This document shows, piece after piece, positions 15,001 through 28,800 of a stretch of 64,000 nucleotides of DNA. Under the pieces are notes generated by a model. That model ran no database searches. It was not told where the DNA came from and saw only the letters and a program-made list of their open reading frames with translations. The position numbers and the translations under genes were made by a program. Each line of letters starts with the position of its first letter. Position 1 is the stretch's first letter. Origin of the DNA: Trichoplax sp. H2 (Eukaryota); assembly GCA_003344405.1 (NCBI GenBank), contig NOWV01000012.1, forward strand, positions 372,001 through 436,000, given 5' to 3'.

Positions 15001-18000
15001 ACATACCAGCCAAAGCAAAATCTGCTGGAGATGATAATTCCTTTATTAGATTATTTAGACCATCATCTTCTAATATAACTCTGTATTTGAAAATGTTATT
15101 ACAGTGACACAAATTAAGTGATTTAGAAAATTTAGCATAAAATTCAAGGTGCATATCTACTTTTATTTGCTTTTATAAATAATTAAATTACCTATCATTT
15201 AGATGTACACGTGCACCCGATAAAGTACTTATAAATCTGTCCAATGTATCAAAAAATTCATTTTGAGGCTTGTTAGGCCCACTTTCTTTGATGTATCCCC
15301 AGTCCTATAAGATATCAATATGGTATAGTTTAAGAGCACCAATTTTTATTAATTATAGGCGTAATTGATTTGATATTCAAATCTATTTTTCTATAATTGC
15401 TTTGTGGATATTACGTCGTACCGTTCGAGATTTTAAGGCGGGTAGTAAAATGGTAGATAGGTGTTTTTCGAGACCCTCAAGAATACCTTTAGTCATATCA
15501 ATTTGACCGTAACTGACGTCCTTGATTATTAATGGAAAGTAAAATTCAAATATATGCTTTAATTGTGCATACTGGCTGAATTAACGATCTGCTTTCGCAT
15601 ATAGATCCGCTATCGAGGTAAAAATCTTAATCGGATTAATATTTCTACCTGTGTAATATTGTTTGCAGTAATTGCAGTAGCATCAGAAGATTTGGTGAAA
15701 AAGCAGCATGTTCCACAGGCAATCTAAAATCCATAGTACAATCAAGAAAATGCTTAAATATGTGTAACTATCGGTACTTTAATTTTAGATATTTTATAAC
15801 CTCATTTTCGCCAGTTGCAATGATTAATCTTCGATTAGAATTGCTTGTATTGCCATAATGACCATCAAGTCTAGATCCAGTAACCTTTTAATACACAGAA
15901 CGGTAAATTAATAAGATAGCAACAAAAATAATGTTAAGATATATGCTAATGCTGATAACTCTTAATTTAATTTGTCTATTATACGCAAATTATTGCTATT
16001 AGAAGATACCTCTTGATCTTGATAGAAAAACATCAGCGTACGGCCATTATTAGTGCCGAAAAATTTTTCAATCAGTTCAAACTATAATTTGAAATTTAAT
16101 TGTATATTTCGTAATGAGTTTAATTATTAATACAGGTGAAGATCGTAGCTACTGTTTTTATACTCATAATTACACGAGTTTACATTACAGAATACTGCTA
16201 CTCGTTATGACTAGAATGTGATTAATGATAAATGACCATCATTAACCTTATCATCCGTAATTAAGTTATCTTCAACAAGGTTTTCTTCTAATCCAAGTCC
16301 ATCCGCTAACTAAAATATACATATCATGTAAACAGTTAAAAAATCGATAAAATTGATAATAAGTTATAAATGTATTTTACGTTCCATATCATCGAAATGA
16401 TTGCCTCTCAAACTGTAAGAGCGTGTAGTATAAAATAATTTTTACCTTAGAGATGATGAACGAATGTCTGGAATCCATCTATGTTTTTCACACATAAGAT
16501 ACAAAGTACATTGTCTCAATCTACGTAATTGTCAATGGCTATACATTTTCAAATTTTAAAAATGAAAATCAATATAATCTTACTTGAAGTCTTCTTTCCT
16601 CTCTTGCTTCTTTCTTTTGTTTTTGTAGTTCCTTCATAGCTTCGCCAGACATAAATGCATTCACCGGGCGCTTCTATTAAATGGAAACATTTAAGATATA
16701 ATTTGAAAAGGATCTTTTAAGTAGAAGAAATATCCAAGGGCAAAATCAGCTGTGATTCTAAAGATATTGTTAGGTCTACGTAAAAATTCGACCAGAAATT
16801 ATTGCAGCTGTAATACATTTTGATTGTAACCCTTTTCCACTATGACAATTTCAAATTATCAAGTTAAGCATTGAAAGTTAATAATCAACATACTGAGAAC
16901 GACTCTGAATTTACTTCCAGCCTATGCTATAGTAATTTTACTTTTAATTAGTTTAATAGCGTAAACTGTATATATATAAACTGTAAACTGAAGGCATTAT
17001 ACAATATACAGTATGACGCATCTATTCACGCGCTTGCTACAATAGTAAGCGCTACATCGAATATGCTAACTTTGAACGCTTGCATTTAGCTAATTATTCA
17101 TACGATTAATAGCTTTCTTATATAAATTTGTTAATAATATCTGACTAAAATAGAATTCATTGTCACTTACACCGACAGTAGCAGCGGGACGCTGGATACG
17201 GCGTTTCATGGCTTTTCTGGCTTCGTCATCTATTAATATTCAATAGATTAATTTTTTTGCTTGTCCTTTGATTGCTTAAAGGTAAAAAATTGACTATAAA
17301 TTTACTGCAATATTATTGTAGACACGTATAATATTCCTCTATCGGAAATGCTAAGCCATTATAGGAGTATTATTCCGAAGAAAGATTGAATCATCAATTT
17401 GAAATACGATTAGGATAAGTTGATAAAATCTTAATTGAAATTGTTGTATTAAGCGCTATTTTAGATTATTTACAGTTATCTCATTCGATATTTTATGTAA
17501 TACTCTCAAAACATCTGTAGTTATTACCCTTCTAAGAGCACAGATAGCTACCCTTACTTTTGATATACTTTTGAAAGCATTCAAGAAAATTTGTATAAAT
17601 CATTTTGAAAGCGATGTAAAATGTGCGATACAGATAAGATTTCAAAACGCTAGCACTACCGTTATAATTATAATACAGGCTTTCGAGTAGAAGTGTTTTA
17701 TTGCTTTCAGTTGAGCTTATATAAAAACTTGCATATTAAAATTTTAAAGAAATTGGGTACTTAAATGTGATAGATATATTAATTATTGATTTAAAAATTC
17801 TGATGGACGATTGTTACGCCTTAGGTAATGTATTGGGATTTATAGTACTTGGAGTAAAATTTACTACGTAGGGTTCACAGTAATAAATCAGATAAATATC
17901 CGTAATACATATATATTTAATTCACTGAAAGCAGTTAGTTCGTTTATTGCATTACTTTATTGTAACAGAATGATTCCAATCAGCCACTTCTCCATAAAAA

Positions 18001-18145
18001 TTATGTGAGGAGTTTAGCATAAATATAGATATGACTTAGGAAAATGATAAGATAACAAAATAAATAGCATACCTTTAGAGTGGGAATCATTGTATCCATC
18101 CATAGCGTCGCTTATGCTTAATTTAGCGCCACGTTCTGATGACAT
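1..18145 (-). CDS. DNAH5: Axonemal outer-arm dynein heavy chain, DNAH5/DNAH8-like (gamma type); ~46 exons in the window, 3' end continues beyond base 1
   Basis: The 1839-aa ORF has AAA1 [21 protein letters not shown]2 [11 protein letters not shown]3 [11 protein letters not shown]4 [10 protein letters not shown], stalk/MTBD and AAA5. Upstream exons splice in frame: 18073-18145 MSSERGAK..., 17171-17229, 16584-16673, 16446-16478 [11 protein letters not shown], 16247-16309, and a DHC_N1 exon with [21 protein letters not shown]. The large exon is 558-6050 and the next is 1-393. Orthology to DNAH5 versus DNAH8 is not resolved, and the first exon is the least certain. Confidence 0.95.
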
Positions 18146-18869
18146 ACTAACGACTAATTTATTTATTTATTACAATTTCTGTAATTACGAGTCATAGACT
18201 AGCAAAATATTCAGTGTTATACACAGTACAGGGTGCACTGTGTATAGTAATTGAAAATTTTGCAAGCCAACAAGTTTGTACAGTTTATGGTTATGGGGCA
18301 CTGTCGTAATTATGTTACTCTAAACTGGCCAAATCTTGCGTGTATTCGAAGTGTACTTTTCACGGGTTACTTGTTATTTAACTAGTCTTAAATTAAAATA
18401 CGTCGAAAGATAAGTTGAGTTCTTTTCCCAAAGTGTAAGCGTGTTAAGTGTTGAATATCTTTCAATACTAGATTAAAATATAAGATATTTAAGTAAGATG
18501 TTGGTAGAAGAGTTCAGTTCAGCATATGGAAAGTGCTTCAGGAGGTATGGGAAATGGATACTGTCAATGTATTACTTGTCTATATGTAACATTAATAATT
18601 ACCTTATAACGAGCAAACACAACATCAAACTGATTTCAATACTTTATTATTATTCGCTTAGTATTGTAATATGCATTAAAAGTCATACACCCATACTGAG
18701 ATTGGATTATTTCATACTGGTGCAAGGGTAGTCCTAACAAGCAATACAGAAGACCTCACAGACTCCATACTATGCTCTATCCACCATACAATAATTAGTG
18801 GTCATCCAAGGTATACATAATTATTGTAATCAAACGCCATTCCTTAGTTTTGGCTTTGTGAGTTTTTTA

Positions 18870-18883
18870 GTTTCTATGGTAAC
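18870..18883. promoter_or_regulatory. RFX X-box upstream of the dynein heavy chain
   Basis: GTTTCTATGGTAAC is a near-consensus 14-bp X-box (GTTNCCATGGNAAC), ~725 bp upstream of the inferred ATG of a motile-cilia gene. Confidence 0.65.
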
Positions 18884-21220
18884 CAAAGCCTTAAAAAAAA
18901 AATAATATACATTACCCTCAGCTCAAACGATGCAGTAATAACTAGTTTTTCATGTCTTGATTCCATTATTATCTATTATGATCTTTGTTTCTTACTTTTG
19001 ATATTTGACTCAATATATGCATGTATTTAGCAGTCCATACTTTAGATAACAATGGCTACTATTCTCCCTCTTTTCATGTAAAATGAATAAATGAACAGTA
19101 ACTTGCAATAGGACGTATACTCAGGAATCAATACGATATAAGACAAATAATGTAAAGGAATAAATAATTACCAATACAAATTATTGTGATTGAATTTTAG
19201 GTTTAATTTATGTTATGTTCATGTAATAGAATTCACTACAGTTAATAATTTACTACATTTTATTAACGAACTTTGGGCTTCAGTTTGTTTAATAGATGAA
19301 GTTTTATTTATATTATATTATCTGTGGTAGCACCGATTAGCCTAATGATTCAGTACGGATGTTGCAGAGCCCAAGACTTTATTGATAACCCTAAAATTAA
19401 CGTGTAACAATTAAATTAGCATACCTGCTAGAAAAATCCAATTATACCGTGAATATATCCAGATAATTTTGATGTATACTTTTATTTTTGTGTTTAAACA
19501 ACATATTTAAAGGAGGAAGCCCCGAAGACCTTGGCCAGTATTTCTGGCGATCTTTATACTAATTTACATATAACAATTTTTTGACGTACTCAATAGTATG
19601 CAGTTGAATAGTCGCTAACGTTGTATGGTACGGAGCTACTAGGTCTTACACGATGATAATAGCAGTATTAAAATCTTTATTTCAATAGTGCAATACCAAT
19701 AAGAATGATTTCAGATTCAAATTGCAGCTACTGTGCACATATATTAATTACGTTCTATGCCTACAGTAATTAATCATAAAACTTTTACTAATCGAGTATT
19801 ATATCATGGATGAACATGCAAGTACAGTAGAGTACAATAAATCAATTTAATAGTACCTATACCATAGGCAGCAAAATCTTCCTAATTCACGGCTACTGTT
19901 ACAAATAGTATAAAATTTATTTAATAGCCTAATGCTGTTACGGTCTTATTCTTAGCAGCATTCAGATACGTTTAGGCAAGAAATTTTAGTCATGCTGTTT
20001 TGAAATAGAAACAGACAACTGAATAGTGACCATTGGTTGATATACGCGTATTGCAGTAATCGCCTAAATAGAAAAATTGCTAAATAATGGTTTGGCAGCT
20101 ATTGCAAACGACGTTATCTAATGACCTACTTTTCTTAACGTTTATTGAAAAACCTTAATATAGTGAAAACCTAGTAAAGTTGAACGGAATGACAACAATC
20201 ATATGTAGTACATCTCTAAGACGAATATTTTATTGTGTATATATATGCTAGAAAGTGTAATACAAACGTTGATAAATAGGTATGCGATATGCATACACGC
20301 AGTGATAGACACGAAAGACTTGCTCATTAGTGACAAAGCAGAGTTGTGTTATAATTATGGCTAAAAAATTGACACCTTAATGTATATAATATTGTACAAT
20401 CTTAACATGGTTTAGAATAAATCAGTAACGGTACTATAGTAACAGCTAGTATTTGAGAATTTTACGAAAGCAATTTTTACTACAGTATATGTGAAATGAT
20501 GAACAGCTCTAACAAAGTAAGCTAAGTATCATAACGATACATATTTTGGATTTAATACAACTATGTACATATCATCTTTCCCAAGAGATCAAGTTTATAT
20601 ATTAGTTATTCACGAATTATATATATTATCATAAAAGCGGTCGACAAATTAGTAGAATAGTATTGCATTATATTATGAGCTATGTCAACGATATGTGAGA
20701 AATCATAATTAATTTATAATTCAATGCAATTACTATCTAATCCGTCACTGATCTCAGAAAGATAGCATACATCGTCACAGATTCATATTTAAGCTAGTCC
20801 TCGGAGATTTATCCTATACGTAGTTCTGACTATCGCTTTGACCACGATAATCCAACATTCTTCATTAATGGATCAAATAAGATTCTGGTTAATAATTAAG
20901 TATGCAAATAAGGGAGTTTAAAAGTAATAAAGCACCGAAGTTATTTATGACAGATCGTAGTTAAAGCAAACACAACAATAGCAACTTCTTATATAAAAAC
21001 GGTAAAAATTTTTACATTATCCAAAAAAGTTTTTATAGTAGATTCAACGAAATCTTGTTAATGGAATTTCAACCAGTATTAGTAAAAATGTCGCATCGTA
21101 GGAAATCTTGCTATCATTTTAATTCGATTTGGTATTAAAGAACTATAAGACAACAAAGATTATCAAAAACAGTTACTCTTTAGTATTTGTTTTCTTATTA
21201 CTGACTATGTAATTGTAAAA

Positions 21221-24200
21221 TTAAGCGCGCTGATCACCTTTATATAAATCTAGATTTAGTAATTCTTCAATCGAAGCTCTTTCGTTAGGATCACGTTGCA
21301 GGCATTTCTAAAACGTGCACATGCAGTTCGATCAGGGTATATTGCATTATTAACCATGACACTTACAAGTACGTGATAGAACTGATTGTAAGAGTACAAA
21401 GGGAAAGATATGTTTTGCTTACTTTTATAACATCAACCCATACTGTATTAGCCACATCAGGAAAGTCTATATTGTAATGTGGATCGATAATTTTACATAG
21501 TTTTTCCACATTGTCCATTATAGACTGAAACGGAGTTCTACCATACACCATATAGTATAAAATACAACCAAGTGACCAGACGTCTGCTTTTCTACCAATC
21601 TGTGCAATATAGAAACAGTAGCGTTAGTCTAAGGATAATAAAATTTCGAAGTTTGCTTGCGAAGTAAACCATACCTTAGCTGAGGGTTTGCCTTTGTACC
21701 GAAAACCTTTTTGCCGAGTATCAACAATAGCTTCAGGTGCCATGTAGTTAAATGACCCAACAGTCATTTCTCTTTTTATGCTCGTTTCATCTTCCTATAT
21801 AAAAATGATATGATTTTATAATTCATCTCAGCTAACTGCAAAAATATATAACTTAAAGATATTTTAATCAATGAAAATTTAAAATTATTACCTGAATAGC
21901 ATCTGCTATATTGAAATCAATGAGCTTCAGTTTGCCTTCGACAATAATAAAGTTTGCTGGTTTCAGATCGCAATGTATGATGCCTTTTTTATGAATGAGA
22001 TCAACAGCAAGAAGCATTTGCTTCCAAAAACTGATCCGATGCCAGTCAGCCATTTTTCTAGGATCTTCTTTTTTTAAGAATACGGCTAGATCGGTTGATC
22101 CATGTTCCATGACAACGATAAGTTCATCGCGTAGGTCTTGTACTTCCCTATTGAATAGATACGACTAGTACTTAATAAATGATGATCTATAAGGAAATCC
22201 ATAGATTACAAAGTATAACGTGGCTTATTTTAAAGTAGTATTCATACCAATCGTAAAGTTGTACTATTGTCTCACATCCTCTTAGATTTTCTAGCAGCGT
22301 AATTTCTTTAAAATACGAAGTCCTAATCAGTTCATCAGCTCCAGTAAGATCTACTACTTTGATGGCACAAATTTTTCCGGAAGGAGTAATGGCTGAATAT
22401 ACCTAGTTATACATTTATATATTTTTGTTGGTTTATTAATACAATTACAGAAGGTGTGATCCTATACAATTCTAAAAGACAACTTATACTAACCTTGCTC
22501 GTTCCTCCTCTACCAATAGCTTTTATTACCATATAATCCTTATCATTCACTGTAATCGTGGTTAGATGGCGATTCAAATGAGAACTCGACTTCTTCCTAT
22601 GATCTGTATTGTGACCAGCTTCTTTTGAAATCTGTGCAGCAGTTGAAGCCTTAGGATGATCAGTAAAATTATTGTGTTGATCCATCCTAGCGCTACCACC
22701 AGAATTACTTTGTTTGGTTATTTTTGGATCCAAGGCGGGAGGATTACCACATTTATCATTTAATAGCCGACGAGCATTAACATTGGGGGCAGATACAGAT
22801 TTTGTAAGTGAACGAACGTTAATATCATTATTTAGGTCAGGAGCTTGCTCTTCATAAGCGTGTTCCTTAATATCTTCTAGGTCATTATTATTATTTATTT
22901 TCAACAATTTTTTCATTTGATGGACAGCATGATTATTATTATTATTGTTTTGAGAAGTGATCTTATCATTCGATAATATTTGACTAGAAGAATGTAGTGG
23001 CATATTTTCGAGTGCATCTGCATTATTCATGTCATCGATGTTGCAACTGTTATCTACAGAAGGTCTTTTAAAACCAAGAACAGCGGAAAGCTTCGGTAAG
23101 TCCCTAACTGTACCGCGTGTTTCGGAAGGGGTATTTGCAAATAACTTAGTACTGCTCAGATTTGCTTCACCAAGTGTTGCAGTATCTTGGCCTCTACGAT
23201 TACTCGCAACTGGAGTACCAAAAAGTGCAGTTGAAGTTAATCGAACCTTCGAAGGATTATTTAATTTGACTGCACTATTGTTGATAGGAACGTTTACTTG
23301 ATTGCTTGAGAATAGACGTTGAGAATTTGATAAAAAAACGGAACCAGTCTTACTATTACCAGAACTATCCGAGGGATTTCCATCACTCCCGTCCATTTCA
23401 ATATTTGTGGCTGCAGCTTGCTTAGACAAATCACCACTAGAAGCTGTAGGAATCGTTCTGAAAGTGATCAAAGTAGGAAAATATGATAATCGATCGCGTT
23501 TGGTATATTGTAAGCATTAAATTATACAGGCGGCTAACCGCTGTCTTTAATTAAATATGTTGTAACTTTTGATTTATATTATTTCATCCTTACTTCTGTA
23601 ATTTGTCGTTTTTTTCCATAGTTTCTGAATCCTTCAAAAGAACCTTTTTTCCATCGATAAAGTTTGAGTAAGCTGCTAATAGTAACGTTTTATCTAGTAC
23701 CCTGTCTTTGGCTCTTTGAAGAATTTTTTTACATTTTTCTTTATTTCCTGGATTGATACAGAATATTAATCAAGATTTGTTCAAACTATCGTAAACTAGC
23801 AAAAATGGGTTTAGGAAATGTACTTTGTACCACTTTCCAGCTTAATACAGCAAATTAGTACACGATTTAGAAATTACGTGTATCAGTTACTCTGACGATA
23901 AGTAAGCGTTATTATGAGATAAGAAAACGAATACTTCACAATGTACAGTAGTTATCTCACTCTAACCTTGATGTAACTGAAATTGAGCGAAAGCAATATG
24001 AACTGCAGCGAACGTCGTTAAGTGATCTCTGGCAAATTTGTATGTATTTTCAGCTTCTTTTGGGAAACGAAGTCTGCAGAGATAAAGAGAAAGACAATAT
24101 CCAATTTATTTAATATCATCTGAAAATCCATATAGTGAAGTAATGCATAAAAGTAAGAATTATTAATATCTTCTAATCTAAGTTATCGATAAATTATGGT

Positions 24201-25222
24201 TGTACACGTATATACTATAATGCATGCATACATCTATCGTATAACTTTACTTAGAATGTAGACTAAGTTGCATACCAATATGAAACAGATGCTTGGCAAA
24301 AGATATAGGGCAAGATTTTAACACGCAATAGTCTCAAAGACTTAATAATTTCATTTGTACACTGTAAAACGGATTCATTCCAATTACGGTCACTCGGATA
24401 ACCTAGGGACGGGTAGTATTACTGACTACTATGCTCGCACTTAACACAGCATGCATCTGTAGTAATAGTGCCTATTACAATATTTTCTTGTAAAAAATAA
24501 GCACTAAATTATACTTGATTGTAAAATCATAGCTAACGATGTGCTGCATCGTACGGTACAATATCGTCTCAAGACCATCTTTCTAAAAACTGGCGTAGCT
24601 TGTTGTTGAGGTGTACTGCCTAGTTCAATGTCGCCTCAACATCCTCTTTCTAAAAGCTCAGTCTGCCACTGGTAGCCTACGGTTGAAATTGTCGTACTGC
24701 TGGTTGTGGCAACGATTTGATTTTTGCGAATAGTACTGTATGGCATAGCAGCTATTGAAGCTATTACTTATCATCATAAAATATAAATATGGTACAGTAC
24801 TGTATATTCAATGAATAGCAGTGGATCTTTCAAAGAAGATCAATGCGCTGTCACAAATATCGCAAAATGACTGCCAATAATAAAGTATAAAAGTAGTCAG
24901 CAAGATACACGACTGGTCACTGTTTATCGCGTACCTCTATAAAACGAATGCAAATAGTATTGGTCCGTATTACTTACTCTTCATATTTGGCCTTACGAAT
25001 CAACAACTTGGCAAAATTTTCATCATTTCTGTATTGGAAGGGATCTAAATTTTCGCAAGCAAGTTCATATAACTGATAGGTCTTTTCATCATGATTTTCC
25101 TTGCCATCAGCACATACTTCACGTTCAATAACCTCCAACCAGCTTCGAGGATCGCCACCGGATCCTTTCACTTGATGGATAATGTGTGTTTGCGTATTTA
25201 ATTGACCAATTGTACTCGTCAT
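21221..25222 (-). CDS. TTK: Dual-specificity spindle checkpoint kinase TTK/Mps1 (N-terminal TPR, low-complexity middle, C-terminal kinase); ~9 coding exons
   Basis: Motifs ITVNDKDYMVIKAIGRGGTSKV, ICAIK, FWKQMLLAVDLIHKKGIIHCDLKPANFIIVEGKLKLIDFN, GSFNYMAPE, KADVWSLGCILYYMVYGRTPFQ and KCLQRDPNERASIEELL. The N-terminal exons resemble the Mps1 TPR (ENFAKLLIRKA..., FAAVHIAFAQFQLHQG). The stop at 21221 assumes the last exon is read through. Confidence 0.9.
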
Positions 25223-26254
25223 TATTAATGATGCAGAAGATAGCCCAGCAGCTCAACACCGCCGATCAATCGTTCATTGATTTTAATTTGTAGTGATTCT
25301 ACGGTATGTCGTCGAATGGCTGTCTACAAACAGTCATAAAACACTTTACCAATTGGAACTGTTAATTTAAAAGTACTAGCGAAAATGAATGTAATCTACA
25401 ATGATAATCCAGAAAGCAAACTAGGTAAGCTTTTAGCTAGGCAATACTGTAGTTGAAAATTTGTTCAATGACGATGATGACTCGTTTAAGGTTGAATGAG
25501 AAAATTAATTCTTAAATATCATTGCCATTGGCGGCAGTCATGTTCAATGGTGGTTATCCACAGTAATAAATCATCCAGTTACTAGTACACTAGGTACTTT
25601 TACAATTTGAAAGGTACTCTCTGATACAATGATACTCTTACGCTAGTCTATAGGATATCTGATGTACTTTTCTCAGGATTGCCAAGAATTATTGCTGCTT
25701 CAAGTTGATTTTTAGTCAAGATATTTTGCAAGAGATGGGCTATTGGGCTGCTCGTGTATCGTTAATTTTCAAGTCTAACCGTCTAATATACTGCCGAATG
25801 GTCCCACAATACGTAACTTAGGCAGGACATCGCTGGTTGGCGACACTACGCTGGATACTGGTTGTGTACAGTACACTATTAGTATGCAATACTAGGCTGA
25901 GTAGTATGGCTCCACTGGCTTAGACGTTGAGTAGAAATTGGAGATTGCGCTTTCAAGTCAGTAAAGTTGAGAGTGATTTTTCTCAGTTACTTTACTTTCA
26001 AATTAGTGAAATGCCATGTCCAGGATATTGTTGTTTGCATACTAAAGTTAATAAAAACTGCCTAGGAAATGCGAATGAAACGCGTTGATGCTACAGAGTT
26101 TTAAAAGAAATGACAGTCGAATAGTCATTTTCATTGGGTGCCTACTTTCGCTGTCAATCCATTTTCATACTCGCTACTGTTGGTGTATCAAGTGAACGCG
26201 TTGCTCAATTTTCATTGACTGTACGCTACACTGTCTGTACAGTGTAGCGAATTT

Positions 26255-26268
26255 TTTGAAAATCCCGC
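26255..26268 (-). promoter_or_regulatory. CDE-CHR-like cell-cycle (DREAM/MuvB) element upstream of TTK
   Basis: The minus strand reads GCGGG-ATT-TTCAAA (SSSSS-NNN-TTYRAA). A second copy, CGCGA-AAT-TTTGAA, lies at 27330-27343 in the same orientation. Confidence 0.45.
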
Positions 26269-26339
26269 TTGAACTTTTCAACTTGCAACAGTCATTACTG
26301 GGCATGTGCATTACCACCAACGATTGATTCTGACCCATT

Positions 26340-28800
26340 TACAATACCGTACTGTAATGTACATTATGAGTACAGTACGGTAGTGTACAGTACTGTACCG
26401 TACTGTAGGCGATCGCTGATTTACAGTACTGTACCATACCGTACTGGGAGATCGCTCGATTTACGCTACTGTACTGTACACTGTAGACTGTACAGTACAG
26501 TATTGCAAGGTCGTGTGGCAAAAGCTTTGACTGCAAATTACAGTACAGCTTCTTTGTACTGTACAGTACTATAATTTGGATACGCCATGACAGTACAGTA
26601 GTACTGTACAATACTGTACTGTAGAGTAGAGTACAGTACAAACCAAACTCGCTACAGTACAGTACTGTACTGTACTGTACTTTCAATTGCGTTTGTACTG
26701 TACAAACCCAATTGTCACCCCCTGAGTACAGTACAAACCAAACTCGCTACAGTACATACTTTCAGGGGGTGACAATTGGGTTTGTAAATGTACTGTAATT
26801 TGAAGTTAGCATACAGTACTGTACAGTACTGTACGTGCGCACTGTACCGTATTCAAAGTTTTTACACACGATCGTACAGTACTGTACTGTAGGGTGCTAA
26901 AAATAAATACAGTACTGTACACTGTACACTGTACAGTACTGTACTGTATAATAAAATAAGAACACATCAAGTTCAAGTTGTGTCTGAGACTGCTACAGTT
27001 GAAAATTAATTTCTAATTTCATACATTCTCTCTTCCCATCAGGGACTCATTATTTCCTACTAGGGAATACCATTTCTCTCTCTCGTTTTTTAGCAGAGAA
27101 AAAGGAACAAAAATTTGTTGCTGAGTAGTCCCTAGTTCTGTTCAATGTCGATTTCTTAGTAGAGTAATGTGATATCACAATTTTTTCAAGTTCATGTATT
27201 ATTGATGACTTCCAGTACTTTACGCACCAGAGATGCAGTTCATCAAAGCGTTTTTATTGACAGAAAGCTACAAGAGTACTGTACAGTAGTCTGCACATCA
27301 ACTGTACTGTACCGTCTGTCGTTTTCACTTTCAAAATTTCGCGACAGTACTGTGTTGTACCGCTTGTACGAAAGAGTCAAAAGACAAGTATAACTATAAA
27401 TAATAATAATAAACAATTTTGTTGTGATGATTGTCGTAATGCACTAAACAAGTGTACACTGTACGGTACTGTACTGTACAGTATATACAGTACTATACAC
27501 TCAGTGCAGTACAGTACAGTGTACTGTAGCAACAACAGTGATACTGTACCGTACAGTACTGTAAAAGCCTGCAATCTACCTGCCTGTATCCAGTATCGCC
27601 AATACGACTGTGATAAAGGCCTTTTTCGGAAGGCGACTTGGAAATTTATATCCATTCACACAAGATTAACGTAAGTCGACTTTTTTGAATTAAAATACGA
27701 TATATTGGAGTTTTTAGAGAGTTCACCATATTTCCAAATCATCCATGTCACAAGATCATACTCTTTTTTTCTGTATACTACAGAATACTAGTATGACTAT
27801 CGTAATTGAGTCATGGTCTTGCCTTTTCAGTTTCACTTGGTTGTCAGTGTTGTAGTTTATTAAAAATGTCAACGTCTTTTGTTTTGAAAGCTTTCGTCTC
27901 TAATAGACACGACTTACTGTGTCATAAAATCACTTTAGAGTAAAGGGCATCCAGCTAGCAATCATCGTCCTACGATATTACTGTACGATATACTATCGTT
28001 TGCTAATAATTAGAATTGTCGTATAAATCTAAAGTGATCATTTTACGATACTGTCCTGTACTTCACGGTTAATAAAGATACTATCATTACAGAAATACTT
28101 GTACGTAGGATTGTTGTTGGTTGTCAAAATTTATAGTACAATAGTTGATAATGTTCGTACTAACAACAACTTAGAACTACTGTAGTCGAGAAATAATGAA
28201 CGAATAATGATAATTAATTAATCTATTGCTATGATCCACAAAATTCGCAATATACAGCTTTTGTTTAACGTACAGTACACACTACTTTCCATTTGAATGT
28301 CCCCAAGTCATCGTCACCATCGATACAGACAACACTTTCGAATTAGTCTACTGTACTAGTACGCACATTCACTTCCTCGATCTCATTCGGTTACATAACG
28401 TCAATCGATAAACAATTTTCATTTTATTCTACTGTACGGTAATTATAAATTATTATTGTTGTTGTTACATACAGTATTCTGTTCATTACATTGGTGCACT
28501 AGCTTCACAAGGCTGAACCATATTCCATTTTCTTGATTGCACCATCACGTCAGTTGAGGGTAAATAAATATTATTATGACTGTAAATAATTTACTGTACT
28601 GTACTGTACGTGTGCGGCTGTTGATACTGTGCTGTACTGTACAGGACTTACTGTATATACAGTATGATGTACTGTAGTTATTGGCACAGTACGGTACTGT
28701 ATTCACTGTACAGTATACAGTATCACGGATATCATGCCTGTAGGGTGTTTGTTGTGAACGATATCAATCAATATTATACTGTACAGTACTTTACTGTAAA
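26340..28800. repeat. Patchy TACAG/CTGTA pentamer and TACACTG heptamer microsatellite (densest at ~26340-26950, 27280-27560 and 28590-28800)
   Basis: Runs such as tacagtacagtactgtactgtactgtac are directly visible and generate spurious YSTV/YCTV ORFs on both strands. Confidence 0.85.
26701..26786. repeat. Perfect 25-bp inverted repeat with a 36-bp spacer (hairpin or MITE remnant)
   Basis: tacaaacccaattgtcaccccctga (26701-26725) is the exact reverse complement of tcagggggtgacaattgggtttgta (26762-26786). The spacer duplicates 26631-26661. Confidence 0.9.

Noticed and set aside
18900-21200. Possible additional gene or RNA gene between TTK and the dynein
   Set aside because: Very AT-rich, with no ORF of 60 aa or more and no tRNA/snRNA signatures that I could recognise.
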